From assembly GCA_048939995.1 (NCBI GenBank), contig JBHLOY010000018.1, positions 1 through 34,613 of the forward strand: DNA of 34,613 nucleotides. The letters are read 5' to 3'. Position numbers and translations under genes: made by a program. Shown piece after piece: positions 9,815 to 18,261 of the stretch; position 1 is the stretch's first letter, and each line of letters begins with the position of its first letter. The stretch comes from Promethearchaeota archaeon. Lineage in GTDB: Archaea > Asgardarchaeota > Lokiarchaeia > Sigyniarchaeales > SOKP01. Under the pieces are notes generated by a model that saw only the letters and a program-made list of their open reading frames with translations, was not told where the DNA came from and searched no databases.

Positions 9815-9859
9815 GTAGGGATGAATTCTTTCAAAAAATATTAGTGAAAGAAGGACTAT
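9815..9859 (+). promoter_or_regulatory. Putative eukaryote-type/Lokiarchaeota-type SECIS element (K-turn hairpin)
   Basis: GTAG-GG-ATGA-A-TTCTTTCA-[AAAAATATTAG]-TGAAAGAA-G-GA-CTAT: perfect 8-bp upper stem, AUGA/GA core, A-run on the 5' side of the apical loop, and a short lower helix GUAG/CUAU. Confidence 0.65.
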
Positions 9860-9996
9860 AGGATTGCGTCCTATAACATAAATATATATTATACCATACA
9901 TGGCTTTATAATAATACTCCGATAAATCTAAATATTTTATAATCTGAAAACTTATATTGTCTTTACTGCTCTAAGATCAAAAGGATAAAGCGCTAA

Positions 9997-11256
9997 ATGG
10001 CCGAGCAAATGTTATCTGAAAATACACCTAAGAGGAAGTTGAACAAAAAAATCCTTATAATCTTCATGATAATGTTTACTGAAATTTTGGGTTTCAGTAT
10101 TGTAATGCCTGTTATTCCATTTTTAGGGCTTTCACTTGGATTAAATGCATTCCAGATAGGATTAGTCCTCAGTATTTTTAGTTTCTGTCAACTTTTTGCC
10201 AGTCCTATTACAGGTAAATTGAGCGATCGGTTTGGTAGGAAGCCTGTCTTGATATTCAGTCAATTGAGTACACTTACAGGATTTTTACTTCTTGGTATGT
10301 CTATAAATGTTTGGATACTCGTAGCAGCTCGGCTTGTTGATGGATTGTTAGGAAGTAATATGACAGTAAGCCAAGCGTATTTGAGTGATATTACTACTCC
10401 TAAAAATAGGACTAGAGTATATGGATATTCAAGTGCAGTCTTTGGATTAGCTCTAATATTTGGTCCAGTTATTGGTGGAACTCTCTCTGTTATAAGTTAT
10501 TCTACTCCCATGTTCATGGCTGCTGGGATCAGTTTACTATCAATTATTTTAGTTATTATATTTTTACCAGAATCTTTAACTGAGAAAAACAATAAACTTA
10601 GTTTGAGATTTGAGGATGTTCTTCCTATAAAGGAAGCAAATCGGTTCTTCAAATCCTCAATGATCCGAAGTCTATTATTGATATTCTTCATCTATAATTT
10701 TGGATTTTTTATCTTTATGTCAACTTTTAGCTTATTTGCCCAGGTACAATTAGTTATCTCTGCACAAGAGTTAGGATTCTATCTAACATGGGTTGGATTT
10801 ACAAGAGTATTATTTCAAAGTTTTTTGATAGACCCTTTATTAAAAAGAATTAGCGAAAACGCTCTTTTATTGTCTGGGATTATTAGTTTGATTTTTTCAA
10901 TGATATTTTTAGCGTTTACAACAAATTTTATTATCGTTTTTCTCCCATTATTCTTCTTATCTTATGGAACCGGGGTGGGTCGGCCTATTTTAACTAGTAA
11001 ACTAACTTTAGCTGTTGAAAAGGAAGAAACAGGAAGCATCTTGGGAGTGAATAATTCTCTAACTAGCATAGCACAAATACTTTGTCCAATTCTTGGAGGT
11101 TTGATTATTCAGTATCTCCCATCTGCTATTTTACCATTAACATCTGGTATAATATTTGTATTAATATTTCTTTTTTGGAGGAAAGCATTCAAAAAACCAA
11201 AATTTGAAGAGAAAGGCAAAATTGAATTAGAAAGCCTTCAAACTGAAATCGAATAA
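9997..11256 (+). CDS. MFS transporter, TetA/DHA1-like efflux pump
   Basis: Motif A GKLSDRFGRKPVL, ARLVDG, motif C-like GLALIFGPVIGG; about 12 TM helices. Confidence 0.93.
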   Translation: MAEQMLSENTPKRKLNKKILIIFMIMFTEILGFSIVMPVIPFLGLSLGLNAFQIGLVLSIFSFCQLFASPITGKLSDRFGRKPVLIFSQLSTLTGFLLLGMSINVWILVAARLVDGLLGSNMTVSQAYLSDITTPKNRTRVYGYSSAVFGLALIFGPVIGGTLSVISYSTPMFMAAGISLLSIILVIIFLPESLTEKNNKLSLRFEDVLPIKEANRFFKSSMIRSLLLIFFIYNFGFFIFMSTFSLFAQVQLVISAQELGFYLTWVGFTRVLFQSFLIDPLLKRISENALLLSGIISLIFSMIFLAFTTNFIIVFLPLFFLSYGTGVGRPILTSKLTLAVEKEETGSILGVNNSLTSIAQILCPILGGLIIQYLPSAILPLTSGIIFVLIFLFWRKAFKKPKFEEKGKIELESLQTEIE

Positions 11257-11306
11257 CCTTCAGATCTTGATATAAGCGCAATAAAGGAGGATAGAAAATC
11301 TAAAAA

Positions 11307-12122
11307 ATGAACAAAAGAGAGAAATATCATATCGAATTAAGTAGAATTATTAGGAATTATCTTGAAATTGATGATAAGCGATTAATCCAAGAATATTTTT
11401 TAAATAATAGCCATCTTCCAGGGCGTAGAGCAAATTTGGAGTTGGCTAATGCATTTGCAGATATTAGTGCAGAGTTTAAAGTTAGTAATTCTAAAAAATT
11501 ATGGGATTTATGTTTATTCTTAATTAGCTTTACTCCTGATAAAGCTCCTACAAATAATCCAAAAGAATTCTTACCTTTTTGTGGAACTTGGGCTATTGGT
11601 GCTATTGGTTCTTCCAATCCTGAGTACTACAATGAATCCTTAACTATTCTTAAAGCACAATCTAACGATCAGAGATGGAGAATGAGAGAGTCTGTAGCAT
11701 TCGGACTTCAGAAATTATTAATACAGCATCCTCATAAGACTTTAATTGAACTAAAAAACTGGATTGGAGATGAGGATTGGCTTACAATGCGAGCTATAGC
11801 AGCAGGAGTAGCTCATCCTTCTGTCTTGATTAACAATAAAATATCCAAAATTGCTCTAGTACTTCATGAACTTATATTTTCTAAGATCATCTCTTGCGAT
11901 GATTTCTCCTCGGATGAATTTAAAATTTTGAAAAAAGGGTTATCTTATACATTGAGTGTTATAGTGCAAGCGAATCCAGTTGAAGGTTTTAAATTTTTAG
12001 AGGATTATATTATTATGGAGAATAAACCCATTCAGATGATTATAAAGGAGAATTTAAAAAAGAATAGGCTCACTAAGAATTTTCCTAGAGAGGTTGCATT
12101 AATAAGGCAAAAATTGAAATAG
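11307..12122 (+). CDS. HEAT/ARM-repeat protein (DNA alkylation repair enzyme-like superfamily)
   Basis: SHLPGRRANLELA motif, DQRWRMRESVAFGLQ HEAT-type repeat and IIKENLKKNRL tail. Confidence 0.7.
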   Translation: MNKREKYHIELSRIIRNYLEIDDKRLIQEYFLNNSHLPGRRANLELANAFADISAEFKVSNSKKLWDLCLFLISFTPDKAPTNNPKEFLPFCGTWAIGAIGSSNPEYYNESLTILKAQSNDQRWRMRESVAFGLQKLLIQHPHKTLIELKNWIGDEDWLTMRAIAAGVAHPSVLINNKISKIALVLHELIFSKIISCDDFSSDEFKILKKGLSYTLSVIVQANPVEGFKFLEDYIIMENKPIQMIIKENLKKNRLTKNFPREVALIRQKLK

Positions 12123-12152
12123 TAATCTTATTTCAAGATTTATTAATAAAAA

Positions 12153-12683
12153 TCAGTTTGGATTTCTTGAATCTATAATTCTATTTGTTAAATCTCTAAA
12201 CGCTTTTTTAATATTAGAAACCATATTAGGTGATGCTTCAATATAAATTCCACCCGCAGCTAAAACAAATTCAATTACTTTGTTCTTATCTATGTCTACT
12301 TTAATGTTATCTGTTAAGCGAGCTTTATTCCCAATTAGCATAAAAGGAATATTCGGTCCTAAAAACTGTCTTATTTCAGTTAACCATACTTTCGTTTGAG
12401 TATATGTTTGTTCCCGAGTTAAATCAAAAACTAATATAACTCCTGCCGCACCCTTATAGAATCTCGATCGGATAAATTCAAATCGCTGTTGTCCACCGAT
12501 ATCCCAAATGGAAAGAGTTGCAATTTCTCCAGGTCGAAATTCTACATCCTTAGTGAGAATATCCACGCCTACTGTGAGTTTATAATTTGCAGAAAACCGA
12601 TTTTTGATGACATTTTTCATTAACTCTTCTCTACAGACTGCACTGGCACCAGCCAAAATCAATTTTAACTTATAACTTGACAT
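12153..12683 (-). CDS. Rab-like small GTPase homologue with degenerate nucleotide-binding motifs
   Basis: YKLTVGVD (switch I), IWDIGGQQRF (G3) and FYKGAAGVILVFDLT are present. G1 is GASAVCRE, G4 is NKAR and G5 is EASP. Confidence 0.9.
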   Translation of the reverse strand: MSSYKLKLILAGASAVCREELMKNVIKNRFSANYKLTVGVDILTKDVEFRPGEIATLSIWDIGGQQRFEFIRSRFYKGAAGVILVFDLTREQTYTQTKVWLTEIRQFLGPNIPFMLIGNKARLTDNIKVDIDKNKVIEFVLAAGGIYIEASPNMVSNIKKAFRDLTNRIIDSRNPN

Positions 12684-12710
12684 AAAGCCTCAACTAATGC
12701 TATATTTATA

Positions 12711-12729
12711 CGATATCCTTCTGATATCG
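12711..12729. promoter_or_regulatory. Palindrome CGATATC-N5-GATATCG abutting the TATA box of the Rab-like gene
   Basis: Perfect 7-bp inverted repeat directly upstream (minus strand) of TATAAATATA at 12710-12701. Confidence 0.5.
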
Positions 12730-13128
12730 AAATTTACCTTTTTTTTAATAAGTTTTTTAATCTGAAGCTCTTATGTAAGTTATCTCCTTTATTAACTTAG
12801 ATATTTAAATAAGTATGATTTAAGATACTAAGAATTATAAAGAAAATTCAGATATATAAATGTAATAGTGTCTTATATATAGGAATTATATAAGATTTGA
12901 AGTGATAAATCATTTTTAGAAATTTTACTTTAATTGTTTTAAAAAGTTAACTCTGTAACGGCATAAATTGAAAGAACTATACCAGAATTCAAAAAATTCA
13001 AAAAATCTGAGAAAATTAGATAAATAAAATGGATAGATAAAAAAACGAGATATATATCAAAACGCTTACCCTTTCACTAATAAAAAAAGGAGCAAAATTA
13101 ATAAGATCAGAACTGACTGGACCTTCTG

Positions 13129-13190
13129 ATATTTTTCCTTCCGCAAACGGGACAAACTTATATTTTTCCTACTGCAAACGGGACAAACTA
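13129..13190 (+). repeat. Two tandem 31-bp direct repeats, probable operator pair
   Basis: ATATTTTTCCTTCCGCAAACGGGACAAACTT and ATATTTTTCCTACTGCAAACGGGACAAACTA (28/31 identical). Confidence 0.85.
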
Positions 13191-13239
13191 TAAGGAGAAT
13201 TTGAATTTTCCTCCATAAATTTAAATATGTCGGGTATAT

Positions 13240-14640
13240 GTGTTATTGGGTAATATAACATTGGGGTGTTACTTTTTGCATAAAAAGATAACAGTATTAG
13301 TTATATCTGTAGTGCTTTTGAGCATCACCTTACCAATAGCATATGGAGCTATTATACAGATTGACTCAGAAGATTCATCAGATAACCCAAACAAACAAAG
13401 GAAGGAAAAAGTGGACAAAACTCCACCAGTTATTATTATTGATAATGTTCCTATAGGAGATGGTACAGATGAAAATCCTGGTGCATGGGATGTATTTGCT
13501 TATGATGATGAAAGTGGTATAAATTATGAGACTATTAAAGTCTATATTGATGACATACTTGTAGGAACTAGTTTTGGAACATATAATGTTCCATGTAGTT
13601 TAGGAGATCACAGCATATTAGTAGAAGTTATGAATAAACATCCTACAAAGCCTTTGTTAGGCTCACTGAATAATACAGTTACTATTATTGATGATGATAT
13701 TGATCCTCCTGTATTATCTAATTTTTTAATAGAGTTTGAGTTTGAATTTATAATTATTTCCTTGACTGCTCTTGATTATAGCGGAATAGAAAATTTTGAA
13801 ATTATGATTAATGAGGAATTGATTTCCCCTCTCAGTGTCGAGGAGAATGACAATCATTTCATTTTTGTTCTTAGGAATATATGGTTTTTTGAAAATAAAA
13901 TGCTAAATATTGAGATTCAAGCAACTGATGGTGATAATGATAGGGAAGGAGATGCTTTAAGTTCTTCCATTTGCGGGCTATTTGAAATATCAATGGAGGA
14001 TATGTACCAATTTGTTATTTGGAAGATAGAGGGAATAAAAAGTTATATAAATTTAAATTTAGAATCTCAGTTTAAGCATTGTTTAATTAACAGATTAGAT
14101 TTAGCTCAAAATTGTATAATTGAAGCATATTATTGCATTGAAGAGGGAAAAATTACTTGTAGTTTATTTTACAATAAAAAAGCTAGATATTTACTATGGA
14201 TGACTGAGATGAAATTAAGAAGGTGCAAAACAATTGAAACTTTTGTAGTGGAGGAATTCCACAGTATCAGAAATTGTATTGTTTTCCTTATGGGAGCTTC
14301 TTTAGACAGCGAAATGGGCTCTAATACAGCAGATGTTGAAATAAACTTATTAAACTTGATAGATTATATTGAAAAAACCATAAAGAACAATCCAATAATG
14401 TGTTTACAACATCTAATTAAAACTGCTTCATTTAAGTTGGATCTAACGATGATTTTTCTTTCTTTAGGGAAAAATCCTTGCCATCTATTACACTGTGCTC
14501 AAGTAAAACTACAACGAGTTATATCCAAAGTAGATTATTTATTAAATAAAGAAAAAATTTCTCAAAATGTAGGTGAATACATAAAAGAAATACTTACTAA
14601 TGCTATTGAAGATATTGGATTGATAAAAGCACTTCTTTAA
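13240..14640 (+). CDS. Secreted protein with Ig-like domains and a Cys-rich helical C-terminal region
   Basis: Signal peptide KKITVLVISVVLLSITLPIAYG; DKTPP and DIDPP Ig-domain starts; many Cys in the last 200 aa. The start may be TTG at about 13276, after GGGGTG. Confidence 0.75.
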   Translation: MLLGNITLGCYFLHKKITVLVISVVLLSITLPIAYGAIIQIDSEDSSDNPNKQRKEKVDKTPPVIIIDNVPIGDGTDENPGAWDVFAYDDESGINYETIKVYIDDILVGTSFGTYNVPCSLGDHSILVEVMNKHPTKPLLGSLNNTVTIIDDDIDPPVLSNFLIEFEFEFIIISLTALDYSGIENFEIMINEELISPLSVEENDNHFIFVLRNIWFFENKMLNIEIQATDGDNDREGDALSSSICGLFEISMEDMYQFVIWKIEGIKSYINLNLESQFKHCLINRLDLAQNCIIEAYYCIEEGKITCSLFYNKKARYLLWMTEMKLRRCKTIETFVVEEFHSIRNCIVFLMGASLDSEMGSNTADVEINLLNLIDYIEKTIKNNPIMCLQHLIKTASFKLDLTMIFLSLGKNPCHLLHCAQVKLQRVISKVDYLLNKEKISQNVGEYIKEILTNAIEDIGLIKALL

Positions 14641-14686
14641 ATCTAATTCTATTTTTTTTTCTGATTGTATTTAGATGCACAAAAAC

Positions 14687-15196
14687 TTAAGCACCTAATT
14701 TGGTTCCACAAGAAACACAATAAGTATTCTTTTTTCTATTTTCTTCGCCACAAATGGCACAAAATACTTTTGATAAATTTGAAATTTGATCTAGCGGAAT
14801 TTCTTGGATTTTATCAAGATTAGCTAAGAAATTGTAATCGGCTTCTTTAACTAATTTCATAGGAATAATGTCCATTTCATAAGCCCATTCTTTCATCATG
14901 TCTTTTGGTACTTTCGATGGTATACCCCTTCCAAAATTTGAATATTTAACAGAAACATTGACATATGTTTTGTTATCAGAAGGATTATAACCAAAAATCA
15001 TTTCATATATTTCACCTGTGGAGGTACCATAAAGATGTATTGAAAAAGGATGGCGTATTGTGAGCTTTCGATATAAATTATTAGTAGATACATATTGATT
15101 TTCTATTTTACCTTTATGATTATCAAAAAATACTAATGTTCTATTCCAAACTTCTTCTAAGGATAAATTGATTACGTAATATCCATATCTTTTCAT
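14687..15196 (-). CDS. Protein with C-terminal zinc ribbon
   Basis: FCAICGEEN...YCVSCGTKL. Confidence 0.8.
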   Translation of the reverse strand: MKRYGYYVINLSLEEVWNRTLVFFDNHKGKIENQYVSTNNLYRKLTIRHPFSIHLYGTSTGEIYEMIFGYNPSDNKTYVNVSVKYSNFGRGIPSKVPKDMMKEWAYEMDIIPMKLVKEADYNFLANLDKIQEIPLDQISNLSKVFCAICGEENRKKNTYCVSCGTKLGA

Positions 15197-15505
15197 AATT
15201 TGTGATACTTCTATCTTGTTTTGGACTTTCTTATTATTCTTATTAATATTTAGTCACAAAATAAAATTAAAATATATAGGAGCCCAATTTTTGATTCATA
15301 ATCATAATATTTAAATTAAACTTTTTCGTGAAACTACTGTTCCACAAATCGGATTGCAATATTTTAATTGACAGATTCATGAGAATTTCATTCATTCATT
15401 TTCTTTAGCGTTGTAATAATAATATAATTTATTGTAAAAGCTTAATTATAAGGTTTAATTAGGAAAATTGATTCCCAATAATATTATGAAAAGAGGTGAA
15501 TTAAC

Positions 15506-15964
15506 CTGAAAGTTCTTATAGTTTATTATACAAAATATGGAAATACTGAAAAAGTAGCTAAATTAATCGCAGAAGGAATCGCTTCTATTGAAGGTAATGA
15601 AGTTGTAGTTAATAATGTCAAAGATGTTAATCTTAAAAAAGAAGCCTCCTATGACTTAATTTTAATTGGATCTCCGAATCATTTTGGAAAACATGTAGGT
15701 TCGGTAAAGAAATTTATAAATAAACTTCCAAAATCTCAATTAAAGGTAAAAGCCTATACTGTATTCGATACCTATATAACCGCTGATTTTGAGAAAGCTG
15801 TTAGGGAGATGGAGAAACAGATCAGCGAAACATTGCCGGATTTAACAAAAGCAAGTCCAGGACTATCTATAAAAGTTAAGGGTACAGGAGTTTCAAAAGG
15901 GCCTATAACAGAAGAAGACTTACCAAAATGCAAAGAATTTGGAATTAAATTAGCACAAGGCTGA
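15506..15964 (+). CDS. Flavodoxin-family protein, 152 aa, CTG start (missing from the ORF track)
   Basis: (CTG)KVLIVYYTKYGNTEKVAKLIAEGI...YDLILIGSPNHFG...VFDTY...KGPITEEDLPKCKEFGIKLAQG*. SD GAGGTGA at 15493-15499; in-frame TGA at 15497. Confidence 0.88.
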   Translation: MKVLIVYYTKYGNTEKVAKLIAEGIASIEGNEVVVNNVKDVNLKKEASYDLILIGSPNHFGKHVGSVKKFINKLPKSQLKVKAYTVFDTYITADFEKAVREMEKQISETLPDLTKASPGLSIKVKGTGVSKGPITEEDLPKCKEFGIKLAQG

Positions 15965-16085
15965 ATTTTTTTTATTTATCATTGAAGGTGAATTAACGCA
16001 ATTATAATCAAAGTTAATCACCTATAATTCTTATTTTTTAATTGAAAAAAATATTTAATATTGTCTTTTCTTCTTAAACCTACAT

Positions 16086-16712
16086 ATGAGTCATACAAAA
16101 TTAAAGGTAATAGCGTATTCTGATTATATTTGCCCATTTTGCTATATAGGCTATCATCGAATACAACAACTCAAAAAAGACTACAATCTTGACGTTGAAT
16201 GGAAGCCATTTGAGATTCATCCAGAAACACCAAAGGGAGGTGCATTAACTGAAGATTTGCCCTTCCCAAAGGGTTATTTAGAGATGGCGTTCACTAACGT
16301 TAAACGCCTTGCGGATGAGGATGGTTTAGAGCTAAAATTTTCAGAAAAATTACCGAATTCACGATTAGCTCTATATATTTCAGAATTTGCTCGGAAAGAG
16401 GGGAGATTTGAAGAATTTCATAAATTAGTACTGGATGCTTATTGGTTAGAAGGCAAAGATATTGGAGATAAAAATTTATTATTAGATCTTGCTAAATCAG
16501 TTGGGCTGAATAAAAAGGAGATAGAAAACTACTTAGATACAGATGAGCCTTTCAAAGCTGTACAACAGTCCTTAAAAGAAATAAGAAAGTATGGGATAAA
16601 TGGTGTTCCTGCTTTTATTGTTGAAGATAGACTAATTTTTGGAGCTCAACCCTATAAAGTTTTTAAAGAAGTTTTTAATAACATATTGGATGAGAAATTA
16701 AAGGAAAAATAA
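16086..16712 (+). CDS. DsbA/FrnE-family thiol-disulfide oxidoreductase
   Basis: SDYICPFCYIG, PFEIHP, GINGVPAF and GAQPY motifs. Confidence 0.93.
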   Translation: MSHTKLKVIAYSDYICPFCYIGYHRIQQLKKDYNLDVEWKPFEIHPETPKGGALTEDLPFPKGYLEMAFTNVKRLADEDGLELKFSEKLPNSRLALYISEFARKEGRFEEFHKLVLDAYWLEGKDIGDKNLLLDLAKSVGLNKKEIENYLDTDEPFKAVQQSLKEIRKYGINGVPAFIVEDRLIFGAQPYKVFKEVFNNILDEKLKEK

Positions 16713-16740
16713 ACTTCATTAAATTTAGTTTATTAAAGAA

Positions 16741-16820
16741 CTGATTTTTGGAGCTCAACTCTTGAGATCTTTAAAAAAGCTATTAATGAAGTACTAAATA
16801 AGAAATCAGATGAATATTGA
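16741..16820 (+). pseudogene. Second, diverged DsbA 3' tail
   Basis: 16741-16759 matches 16632-16650 at 18/19 nt. With a 1-nt deletion it reads LIFGAQ(P)LEIFKKAINEVLNKKSDEY*. Confidence 0.75.
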
Positions 16821-16943
16821 ATCATTATTGATTATTTTCTGTTTAGGAGCAAAGTATTAAATAGTATTTAGACGAAAATCTAATTTGGTTTCAATCAATA
16901 GATTGAAATTCTCTATATCAAAAAATAGGAGAAAAAGATTAGA

Positions 16944-18236
16944 ATGGTTCAAAAAAGAACTAGGAATGCAATTCTTATTACTTTGGTTTTTATATGCGTT
17001 TCGATGTTCATTCCAAATGTAGTATTCGCAAAAAAAAATCTTAATGGTAGTGGAATTTCTGTAGGCGCCTCAAAAGTTATTATTACGCCAGATACTACAT
17101 ATCTCGATGACGATGGAGTAAACGATGACCTCTATGCGAGATGCATCATAATTGAATGGAAAGGAAAATATGTAATCATGGTTACTTTGGACGTCCAAAA
17201 TCATGGATTCACAGATATAAATGAGCCAATAGCGGCTATGGTAGAAGCTCAATACGGAATTAATACTGATTATCTACTAATTGGCTCCACTCATTCTCAT
17301 GGTTGCGATGTAGATATAATTGGTGTTTACTTTGGGAATCTTAACCCTTATATCGTAAACGTATATAAACCGATGGTAATTGAAAAAGTGGTTTTTGCTA
17401 TTGGAGAAGCTTTAAATGATATGAGGAGAGCAGAAGTCCATGTGGGCTCGATCTGGGTAGAAGGATTGACATTTAATAGGAGATTTTATCCAGAGCCAGG
17501 ACCAACAGATGACGAACTCACTGTGCTTAAATTTGTTGATGCTGAAGGTGAAACAATTGCCACGTTAGTAAATTTTGCTACGCATCCCGTAGTTACTATG
17601 ACAGGACATCTAGCTTCCGCAGACTTTTGTGGTTTTCTGGTTGATAAACTCGAACAGGATCATGGAGGAATAGGTGTATACTTTAATGGGGCGCAAGGTA
17701 ACATTAATCCCTATATGTATATTAAATACGATAGCCCATGGGATCGTTATGACGATGAACAATATGATGCTGCAGTAGAATATGGATATACTATAGCTGA
17801 GTGGGCTAATCAGGCTTTGGAAAGTGCAAAAGTGTTCAAGAATCTTCCACTTCAACTGACTCAAATTAGTGTCGAATTACCTATTGAAAATCCAGGATTC
17901 ATTTATCTTATGACTAACGGACTTATCTTTCGAGAGTATTATTTAACTGAAGAAGGCTATAAACTCACAACATTTATGTCTGGAGTAAGGATGGGGCCAA
18001 TAGAGATGGTTACCGTGCCAGGAGAACTATTTTCAGAAATTTCACTTCTTGTAAAAAGCTATATGCCAAAATATGGTTTCTTACTAGGATTAACCCCAGA
18101 ACAACTTGGATATATTATACCTCAAGATCAATGGGCTCCAGGAACTGGAGAAGTTGGCGAATCTAATAGCATGGGTTATCAAATGGCTCCATTAATCACT
18201 GAAGCACTACTACAAGTTGTAGCAGCCCTTGATTGA
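16944..18236 (+). CDS. Secreted neutral/alkaline ceramidase-like amidohydrolase
   Basis: Signal peptide; DDLYARC, STHSHG, NFATHP, SADF, GAQGNINP and PGELF motifs. Confidence 0.85.
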   Translation: MVQKRTRNAILITLVFICVSMFIPNVVFAKKNLNGSGISVGASKVIITPDTTYLDDDGVNDDLYARCIIIEWKGKYVIMVTLDVQNHGFTDINEPIAAMVEAQYGINTDYLLIGSTHSHGCDVDIIGVYFGNLNPYIVNVYKPMVIEKVVFAIGEALNDMRRAEVHVGSIWVEGLTFNRRFYPEPGPTDDELTVLKFVDAEGETIATLVNFATHPVVTMTGHLASADFCGFLVDKLEQDHGGIGVYFNGAQGNINPYMYIKYDSPWDRYDDEQYDAAVEYGYTIAEWANQALESAKVFKNLPLQLTQISVELPIENPGFIYLMTNGLIFREYYLTEEGYKLTTFMSGVRMGPIEMVTVPGELFSEISLLVKSYMPKYGFLLGLTPEQLGYIIPQDQWAPGTGEVGESNSMGYQMAPLITEALLQVVAALD

Positions 18237-18261
18237 AATTGAGATTATTTCAAAAATTAAA

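Noticed and set aside
13129-13190. CRISPR array or c-di-GMP-I riboswitch (GCAAAC...GGGAC resemblance)
   Set aside because: Only two adjacent copies with no spacer and no cas genes; the GNRA-capped stem of the riboswitch is absent.
13384-13401. PNKQ motif shared by the secreted proteins at 13240 and 20243
   Set aside because: Four residues in low-complexity linkers; not significant.
15313-15400. Possible zinc-ribbon remnant on the minus strand (KYCNPICGT)
   Set aside because: Too short and degenerate to support.
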